64,000 nucleotides of DNA. Origin: Holosporales bacterium (lineage in GTDB: Bacteria > Pseudomonadota > Alphaproteobacteria > Paracaedibacterales > CANFPP01). The translations under genes and the position numbers were made by a program. Below, piece after piece: positions 8,132-15,311 of this stretch. Position 1 is the first letter of the stretch. Each line of letters opens with the position of its first letter. The notes beneath the pieces were generated by a model. The model made no database searches. It saw nothing but the letters and a program-made list of their open reading frames with translations, and was not told where the DNA came from. The stretch lies in contig CANFPP010000001.1 in NCBI GenBank assembly GCA_947449005.1, positions 8,442 to 72,441 of the forward strand. Direction: 5' to 3'.

Positions 8132-9994
8132 ATGAAAAAATCTTCAGTAAAGCTAACTTTAACATTATTGATGCTGGGCTTAATGTGCACCAGTCTTAAT
8201 GCATCAACGTTATCTTCTGAGGAAGCTGCCACTATAATTCAAAGAAAAGTAAGGCTTTATTTTGATAGAAATATAGATAGAAAACTCAGTAAAATGGACG
8301 GTGAATTTTCTAAAGAAGAAATTGATATTACTGCTTTAAGTAAACTGGTGTGTGCTAGGCTTCTTTTCTTAGTATATCCTAGCATTCAAGATGGAAGCAG
8401 AGCTATCCGATTTTGCAAAAAAGGACTTTTAAATCATCCCGTCTTCAGATTTCTCGGCTTAGATTATTTGGCTACTATTTACAGTTCTAATTCAGTTCAT
8501 AAAAATTTACCAGAAGCGGCTGAATGCTACCTGGAGCTTGTGGAGTTGTATGCGGACCAGCCATTAGAGCAACTCAAAGTATTAGTAGCGTTATTGAATC
8601 TTTATAAAACTGAAGGTGATGATGATCAAACAAAAACAAAGAGCATTATTCAAAGAATTGTAGAAATGCAAATCAGTGATTCGACTGAATATTTAGAAGC
8701 TCTTCAATCATCGTCTCAACTTTTAACTGATGGAAGCGATAAAATTAAAGACATCGGAAGAGCAATACAAATTCAAGAAAGACTTCGTGAACACAGCGAA
8801 TACAAGTTATCAAGTTTGCAAAAACTATCTAGTATTTACGAACATAATCCGGATCATAAAAATCCAGAAAAATTGGTTGAATGCTACCTTGAGTTTATGG
8901 AGTTGTATGCGGACCAGCCATTAGAGCAACTCAAAGTATTAGTGAGTTTATTGAAACTCTATAACACTGAAGGAGAGACATTTAATCCAGAAGAAGCGAA
9001 TAATATTGTTCAAAGAATATTAGAAATGCAAGCTCACGAAGGACTTCGTGGAAATAATGAGTTCAAGCTACCAAGCTTACAACAATTATCTTATATTTAT
9101 GAACATGATCCGGTTCATAAGAATCCAGAAAAATTAGCTGAATGCTACCTGGAGCTTGTGGAGTTGTATGCGGGCCAGCCGTTAGAACAACTAAACATAT
9201 TAGCGCGTTTATTGAAGCTCTATATAGCTGAAGAAGCGGCATTTAATACTGAAGAAGCAAAGGCTAGAGCTCATATAATCTTGATAGATTTCGCTGCAGA
9301 TCCGACTCCATCTTTGAAAGCGCAGGTTGCCTTATCAGACTTATATTTCCTTCATTCAGACCTTTCAACACCTGAAGAAATAATACGTATAAATACGAAA
9401 ATTGTTGAGAGAGCCTCAGAATTAGAAGCGGGATCATCGGATTTGATTAATGCTCATCGACGTTTAATAGAAGTCTATAAAGCACAGCAAGATATTGAAG
9501 CAGAAAGAACAACATACCTGAGTTTATTCAATTATTGTGAAAATGCCTCTATAGCGACTGAGTGTTATCATGAGCTTGTAAAGGCAGACCAACCGTTAAT
9601 GAAACTCAATATATTAGCGCGTTTATTGAAGATTTATATAGCTAAAGAAGCGGCATTTAATACTGAAGAAGAAAAAACGACGGCTCAAGGTTTTTTGAAT
9701 TCTTTAACTGTAGATCCGACTGCATATTTGGAAACGCAGGTTGCTTTATCAGATTTATATTACCTTCATCCAGACCTTTCAACTTCTGAAGAGATAATTC
9801 GTATAAATACAGAGATTAACCGCCATGAGGAGTTAAAAGCAGGATCACAAGCCGTGATTAATGCACATAAACGTCTAATAATGGCCCATAATAAAAAAAT
9901 ACAAAAAATATACATAAGTCTGATCAAACGTTGCGGATCAGATAATAGGGCTCCTATTCTTCAAGAATACAATAAGTTCATTAAAAACAAATAA
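8132..9994 (+). CDS. Secreted IQ-motif / alpha-helical (TPR-like) repeat protein, paralog 1 (620 aa)
   Basis: Signal peptide ...LMLGLMCTSLNA/S. IQ-like IIQRKVRLYFDR at 8237-8269. Repeated module of about 120 aa (AECYLELVELYADQPLEQLKVLV.LL.LY.TEG...). C-terminal cap is shared with paralog 4. Confidence 0.8.
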   Translation: MKKSSVKLTLTLLMLGLMCTSLNASTLSSEEAATIIQRKVRLYFDRNIDRKLSKMDGEFSKEEIDITALSKLVCARLLFLVYPSIQDGSRAIRFCKKGLLNHPVFRFLGLDYLATIYSSNSVHKNLPEAAECYLELVELYADQPLEQLKVLVALLNLYKTEGDDDQTKTKSIIQRIVEMQISDSTEYLEALQSSSQLLTDGSDKIKDIGRAIQIQERLREHSEYKLSSLQKLSSIYEHNPDHKNPEKLVECYLEFMELYADQPLEQLKVLVSLLKLYNTEGETFNPEEANNIVQRILEMQAHEGLRGNNEFKLPSLQQLSYIYEHDPVHKNPEKLAECYLELVELYAGQPLEQLNILARLLKLYIAEEAAFNTEEAKARAHIILIDFAADPTPSLKAQVALSDLYFLHSDLSTPEEIIRINTKIVERASELEAGSSDLINAHRRLIEVYKAQQDIEAERTTYLSLFNYCENASIATECYHELVKADQPLMKLNILARLLKIYIAKEAAFNTEEEKTTAQGFLNSLTVDPTAYLETQVALSDLYYLHPDLSTSEEIIRINTEINRHEELKAGSQAVINAHKRLIMAHNKKIQKIYISLIKRCGSDNRAPILQEYNKFIKNK

Positions 9995-10017
9995 ATAACA
10001 CAGTGTGCAAGCTTTAG

Positions 10018-10163
10018 TAAGAGAACAGTCTGGATCCCCGCCTGCGCGAGGATGACAGGGGGGGGGAAAACGAGCGGAATTCACTCGCACAATTTTTATT
10101 GCTTTCCTCATAATCTTCGCTCTCTCCATCGTCATGCTCGCGAGGGCGGAGATCCAGGTTGTT
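10018..10163. mobile_element. MITE-like palindromic element, family A (full copy)
   Basis: Hairpin-containing terminal inverted repeats AACAGTCTGGATCCCCGCCTGCGCGAGGATGAC ... GTCATGCTCGCGAGGGCGGAGATCCAGGTTGTT. The internal part is homologous to the copy at 30008-30192. No coding capacity. Confidence 0.75.
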
Positions 10164-10324
10164 TATGGTTGAGCAGTTAAAAATGATTTCCTAGAAATCT
10201 TCACACTTTATTGAGTAAAGTTTTATTATTATTAGTGATAACTTTAAGATTGAATTTTCCATTTCTGTTTAATACATTGAATTTCCACCCTTATAAAGGG
10301 TTATTATTATTGAAAGAGAAATGA

Positions 10325-11506
10325 ATGTTTATTAAAAATACTACAATAAAATTAGCTTCAACATTCCTAACACTTAGCTTAATGTGCACATGTCTTCATG
10401 CAGCAGAATTTACTGAAGAGCACCGAGATACAGCCGCTGTTAAAATTCAAAGGCATTATAGAGGTGAAAAAGTCAGGAAACTATTTCAAGAGATTGACAC
10501 AGAAGCAGAGATCATAGCTCAAAATATGCAACAAAATCCTAACTTGGCCAAAGTAGCTTTCACTACTCATATAAAATCATTAGGAGAAAACAGCACTATT
10601 AATGATATTTTGACAGCAGAAGTGTGGTGCCAAATTGCTAGAGATCTAGCGCCAGAAAATGTAGAAGTATTTAACACTTACCTTGAGACATTGAGGATTT
10701 GTGAAGACCCAATTAAACGACAGATTGCCTCACTCATAAAAAGTTTGACCATTCAAAATATAGATAAGAAAAAAGAAGTGCTCCGGGAAATAGAAACTTC
10801 CAATTATCCTGTTTTTAAAAACGCTTACTATGGAATATTGGCTAGAGCTCTTAGGGATTCCAAAGATATAGATCAAGCTCAAGAATATCTAATGAGATTA
10901 TTGGAATTACCTAAGCAGTATCACGTCAGAGCATATAAAAACCTAGCAGATCTTAATACTTCAGATGCTGAGCGAAAATTTTATTTAAGAAGGATTATTA
11001 AAATTGGCAGACCTGAACAAGCAGTAGCAGAAGCCAAATCTGACCTTGAACAAATGGCAAAAAAAAGCCTTGAGCTTGCTGATTCATATGATAATGGATC
11101 CGACTCCAATTTTTACAACCCACAAGAAGCTTTAAGAATATACAGATCCCTTTTAGAGGACCCACAAACACTAAATACCGATGATATTAATTTTCGTATA
11201 GCTTCTATCTTGACTTCTGGTCCAGCTGACGTACAAGACAAAAGTAAAGCCATAGAAATTTATAAGGCAATTCGAAATCGAGAAGGTAATAAAGGTTCTA
11301 GCTATTATTGGAGTGCTGCATACTATCTTATAGATAACTATATAGGTCAAAATCAATATTCTGAAGCACTTGGTCTAGTAACAGAAGATTTAAATGATCC
11401 AGAATGGCAATTTAGTGAGGAATTAAAAACGATTTATCAAAATGGATCAGACGAAATTCGTGAGGCCATTGATAGTTCTGAGGCTTTAAGAAGTAAGCTT
11501 CCCTAG
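10325..11506 (+). CDS. Secreted IQ-motif protein, paralog 2 (393 aa; N-domain-only version)
   Basis: Signal peptide ...LSLMCTCLHA/A. Canonical IQ motif IQRHYRGEKVRKLF (10445-10486). The N-domain is homologous to the N-terminal 330-350 aa of paralogs 3 and 4 (DPIKRQIASLI, SNYPVFKNAYY, FYNPQEALRIYRSLL). Confidence 0.8.
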   Translation: MFIKNTTIKLASTFLTLSLMCTCLHAAEFTEEHRDTAAVKIQRHYRGEKVRKLFQEIDTEAEIIAQNMQQNPNLAKVAFTTHIKSLGENSTINDILTAEVWCQIARDLAPENVEVFNTYLETLRICEDPIKRQIASLIKSLTIQNIDKKKEVLREIETSNYPVFKNAYYGILARALRDSKDIDQAQEYLMRLLELPKQYHVRAYKNLADLNTSDAERKFYLRRIIKIGRPEQAVAEAKSDLEQMAKKSLELADSYDNGSDSNFYNPQEALRIYRSLLEDPQTLNTDDINFRIASILTSGPADVQDKSKAIEIYKAIRNREGNKGSSYYWSAAYYLIDNYIGQNQYSEALGLVTEDLNDPEWQFSEELKTIYQNGSDEIREAIDSSEALRSKLP

Positions 11507-11590
11507 CCAACAGGTGATAGAGGAATCGAATATGGATCAGATAGCGACTAGAGAAACGATACGGATCTACTGATATTTATTCATTCTCTG

Positions 11591-11682
11591 TCGTCATTCC
11601 AGCAAAAGCGGAAATCCACATAAAACACGGATTGCATTAACCTAATTAAGAAACCTGAATCCCCGCCTCCGCGGGGATCACG
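11591..11682. repeat. Two family-A hairpin arms in outward orientation
   Basis: CGTCATTCCAGCAAAAGCGGAAATCCA (11591-11617) and CCTGAATCCCCGCCTCCGCGGGGATCAC (11653-11680). Confidence 0.6.
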
Positions 11683-11779
11683 GTTAAATCCACCATATTT
11701 GCGGGATTGATCTTAAAGCCCTTCATTACGTTATATATATTTAATTTATGTAACGTATGGGAGGTTATCTTTATTATTC

Positions 11780-11808
11780 TTGAAATTATTAATACAAATA
11801 CATATATG
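11780..11808 (+). promoter_or_regulatory. Conserved promoter of the IQ/helical-repeat family (copy 2)
   Basis: TTGAAA, 17-nt spacer, TATATG. Flanks are shared with 8064-8092. Confidence 0.5.
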
Positions 11809-11845
11809 TGTAAAATATCTAAAATTAATAAAAGAATAATATCCT

Positions 11846-14800
11846 ATGAAAATGTCTATAGTCAAAACAACGTCAACGGTATTAATGCTGAGCTTAATAG
11901 GCACCAGCGTTCATGCAGCAACTACATATTTTGATGAAAAGACTACTATTAAGATTCAAAGACTTTATCGTGATAGAAAACTCAACCAAACTTTTGAAAC
12001 GTTAAACCAAACATCAAAAAATATAAAGAGAGGTGTTGTTCCTGCACCTACTGAAGCAGATTTAGAAGAAAGCATCGCATCTTTAAACGAACACAGTGAT
12101 TTTAAAAGCATGGGATTGCCTGCTGTATACTTCATCAACGCAAAGAAGGATTTAGATATCAGACCTTTTATAGAACGTTATCAAGGATATATTCAAAGTC
12201 AAATGGCAAGTCGCGATCCAATCAGGAGACAGATAGCCTCCCTTATCATGGCGGAGCTTGCAACTAAAGCTGCTGCAGAAAATGATAAATTCAATACAGC
12301 GCAGTATTTTTTGCAAGAAGCTATAAGTTCTGACTATCCATTTTTTAAACACAATGCTTATCTACAATTATCTGGGTTGGCTAGAGATTATGCGGATAAA
12401 AACCAAGCCATTAACTGTTTAAGAAAAGGACTAATTTTACCCAACAGATATCATGCTAGCATTTACAGGAAGTTAGCTTACGTTGTTGATTCTGAAGAGT
12501 ACAAACCTTCGCGGGAACGCTACTTGAAGCAGATTATTGAAATTGGAACTCCGACAGAGAAAATAAAAGCACTCATGAGTCTTGCTTATTTGTATGGTCG
12601 CAATCAATCGAATTCAGCATTTTACAGACCAAGCGAAGCTCTAGATATTTATGATTCTCTTTTAGCTAATCCACAGCTGATTTCTTTTTTAGACACAGAT
12701 AATGTTCACATACAAATTGCAATTATTCGTGCGTTTTCTCCTGATGAAGAAATAAAAAACGTAGATAGAGCAGTAGAGATTTTAGATGGTATTCTTTTAA
12801 ATAGACCTAATGACTGGAATTATTCAAATGCTGCAACCCAACTGATAAGTATTTTTATTACAAAAGATCCCGCTAGAGCTTTTAGCTTAGCACGAGAAGC
12901 TTTAAGCAATCCAAATCTTCAACAACCCTTCAAAATATACATAGAAAAAGCATTAGCGGATTTATATAGACATGGTCCGGAAGGAATTAAAAACCCTCAA
13001 GCAGCTTTGCAAATCTTAGAAAATCTAGCGGCTATGACTTTTGGCCCAACTTTTGCTCCCGATTATCATTCAATTGTGCTTTTGTCGCTGACTCATCATT
13101 TGGTGTATGGAGATGCTACAGTTAAAAACGCAGCAAGAGCAATACAGATTCACGAAGAACTTCGTAAAGACAGTAAAGTGAAGCTGGCAGCTTTAATCGA
13201 CTTAGCTCATATTTATCAACATGATGCAGAGCATAAAAATCTATTAAAAGCAATTGAATACTTTGAAGAAATTTTGCTATTGCACGAGGGTAAACCGGTA
13301 GAACAATTCAACACTTTAATCCGTTTATTATCTCTCTATACGACTGAAGGAGAGACACTTAATCTGGAAAAAGCACAAATTATCCAGCAAAGAATTTCAG
13401 AAATGCAACCTATTATTGAATCCAATAATTCGAAGGAAAGTTTCGTGGCCCTTCAAAGCCTGGCTAGTCTTTTGACATTTGGAAACGATAGAGTTAAAGA
13501 CAGAGGAAGAGCAATACAAATCCTCGAAGAACTTTCTAAACACAGAGAATCTAAACTATTAAGCTTACCGATCTTAGTTTATATTTACGAGCATATTGCA
13601 GAGCATAAAAATCCAGTAAAAGTGACTGAATGCCTTAATAAGCTTGTAGAGTTGTATGCTGACAAACCATTAGAGCAACTAAAAGCATTAACAAAATTAT
13701 TGAAGATTTATACAACTGAAGGAACAGCGTTTAGCATTGAAGAAGCGAAGGCTGCTGTTCAAAGAATTTTGACTCATTCCGCTGTCGACGGTACAGCACG
13801 TTTGGAAGTACAAGTTGCTTTATCAAAGCTTTTTCATCTACATCCTGAATCAGGCTCAACCGCAGAAATAATTGATGTAAATAATGAGCTGGCACATAAC
13901 CCTATGGCAACTCCATCGGATGTGGGAGATGCTCATCGTCGTTTGATAGCAGCTTACTTGACACAACGGAGTTTTGAACAAGTTGTTACAACATATGAGC
14001 ATTTTTTAACACGTGCTGTAGATTGGCAACGTACTGGTGTTATCCTAGATTTTATCTCCTTTCTTGAAAATCCAGATCATGCAACTGTACAAAACCCTGC
14101 ACGTGTGACTGAGCTTCGAGCGCTTCTCCCGCAACCTGCAGTATTTATGACAGAAGAACTTGTGCAGTTACCTGGTATTGTTGCTGGATTTGGTGGAGCG
14201 GGTCACGTTGATCCTTATTTTTCACCAGAGATGATTGCAAATAGAAAAGCATCACTGCTTGCATTAAGTGGAGATCATTTTGACCAAGTGAACTATCAAA
14301 CAAACTTAGAAAGAACGATAGCTGAAGTTAAAGAAGCCATTGCACAATATGGTGCACGTGACGCTGAATTTGCTGCTACAGCCGTCGTAGCTACTGAGGT
14401 TTTTGAAACAGGGAATACTCATCCTTATAGCTATCGTCCTACTGTTCAAGATCTTGATTATCAATTTTCCATTGATGATTTGGGCAGGGAGATGGCATAT
14501 GGAGAAGCTTTGGTTCGTATCTGGGCACGCATTACTCACCATCCTGATGTAAATCATTTAAAGGATTTAATAGTGTTGCAACTTGCAGCAGCGATTGATC
14601 CTGATGGCCACATTGTCTGTCCCGTTGGAAAAATAATGCGTCATTTCCAAGCAATGGAAGGTACTTTTCCTGACGTTCGTGCTGTGACATTATCGTTGGA
14701 GAATGCTTTTTCAGGTTTTGCAAAAAATGAGCAAAAACTCATTGATGCACTACCAGGAGAGCATCCTTTAAAAATCCTCGAATCCAAAATTGGAGAAATA

Positions 14801-15037
14801 AGAAAGGCAGCAGAATATAAAGTAAATACTGATACTTGGGTTAGTCCAGAGTACCAAGGAAAATTTGAATTCTTATCGAGCGATGATCAAATCTTGCTAA
14901 AGAATCATTACGAGCAGATGGTTTTGAAATTTGAACAAGATTTATTGAAATCAAGAGATACGCTTTCTGAAACTGAGAAGGCATTTGCGAGGAGAGAAGT
15001 TGGTGAATATCTGAGTGTGACTTGGTTTGTGGGATAG
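11846..15037 (+). CDS. Secreted IQ-motif / helical-repeat protein, paralog 3 (1,063 aa), with a unique C-terminal domain of about 360 aa
   Basis: Signal peptide ...LMLSLIGTSVHA/A. IQ-like IQRLYRDRKLNQTF (11954-11995). Family N-domain plus repeat modules. From about aa 700 (nt about 13943) the sequence is non-repetitive and is absent from the other three paralogs. Confidence 0.8.
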   Translation: MKMSIVKTTSTVLMLSLIGTSVHAATTYFDEKTTIKIQRLYRDRKLNQTFETLNQTSKNIKRGVVPAPTEADLEESIASLNEHSDFKSMGLPAVYFINAKKDLDIRPFIERYQGYIQSQMASRDPIRRQIASLIMAELATKAAAENDKFNTAQYFLQEAISSDYPFFKHNAYLQLSGLARDYADKNQAINCLRKGLILPNRYHASIYRKLAYVVDSEEYKPSRERYLKQIIEIGTPTEKIKALMSLAYLYGRNQSNSAFYRPSEALDIYDSLLANPQLISFLDTDNVHIQIAIIRAFSPDEEIKNVDRAVEILDGILLNRPNDWNYSNAATQLISIFITKDPARAFSLAREALSNPNLQQPFKIYIEKALADLYRHGPEGIKNPQAALQILENLAAMTFGPTFAPDYHSIVLLSLTHHLVYGDATVKNAARAIQIHEELRKDSKVKLAALIDLAHIYQHDAEHKNLLKAIEYFEEILLLHEGKPVEQFNTLIRLLSLYTTEGETLNLEKAQIIQQRISEMQPIIESNNSKESFVALQSLASLLTFGNDRVKDRGRAIQILEELSKHRESKLLSLPILVYIYEHIAEHKNPVKVTECLNKLVELYADKPLEQLKALTKLLKIYTTEGTAFSIEEAKAAVQRILTHSAVDGTARLEVQVALSKLFHLHPESGSTAEIIDVNNELAHNPMATPSDVGDAHRRLIAAYLTQRSFEQVVTTYEHFLTRAVDWQRTGVILDFISFLENPDHATVQNPARVTELRALLPQPAVFMTEELVQLPGIVAGFGGAGHVDPYFSPEMIANRKASLLALSGDHFDQVNYQTNLERTIAEVKEAIAQYGARDAEFAATAVVATEVFETGNTHPYSYRPTVQDLDYQFSIDDLGREMAYGEALVRIWARITHHPDVNHLKDLIVLQLAAAIDPDGHIVCPVGKIMRHFQAMEGTFPDVRAVTLSLENAFSGFAKNEQKLIDALPGEHPLKILESKIGEIRKAAEYKVNTDTWVSPEYQGKFEFLSSDDQILLKNHYEQMVLKFEQDLLKSRDTLSETEKAFARREVGEYLSVTWFVG

Positions 15038-15243
15038 AGATTTACCATTCGTCATTTTTTCAAACATCATCTTGATTGTTGTCTCCCCTCTCTCTGACAT
15101 TCTCACGAGGTGGGGGGATAGAGGGTAGAGATGTGAAAAACAACACTCTCCTTAGCGTGCCCCCAAGATTATCCTGGAGACCTCCCCCACACTGAATTGA
15201 ATGATTAAATAGAATAGAGGGTAAGATTATTACAGTTTCATCC

Positions 15244-15272
15244 TTGAAATCATTTTCACAAGTAATTATATA
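15244..15272 (+). promoter_or_regulatory. Conserved promoter of the IQ/helical-repeat family (copy 3)
   Basis: TTGAAA, 17-nt spacer, TATATA. Followed by ...CTAATAAAAGAATAATATCCCTATG, as in copy 2. Confidence 0.5.
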
Positions 15273-15311
15273 TGTAGAATATTCCAGCCCTAATAAAAGA
15301 ATAATATCCCT

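Noticed and set aside
9938-10135. 65-aa minus-strand ORF (..FPPPCHPRAGGDPDCSL..)
   Set aside because: It is encoded by the family-A MITE hairpin arms. Peptides of this type are recurrent artefacts of GGGGATCC/GGGAATCC palindromic repeats.
11707-11934. 75-aa ORF overlapping the start of the 1,063-aa gene
   Set aside because: It covers the conserved promoter and leader of the paralog family and overlaps the real start out of frame. The peptide is AT-rich low-complexity.
15038-15243. Possible additional MITE between paralogs 3 and 4 (CGTCATTTT..., ..TTATCCTGGAGACC, C/G-rich TCTCCCCTCTCTC / GGGGGGATAGAGGG)
   Set aside because: Only weak, fragmentary resemblance to the family A and B arms, with no clear terminal inverted repeats. 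At most it is a degraded relic.
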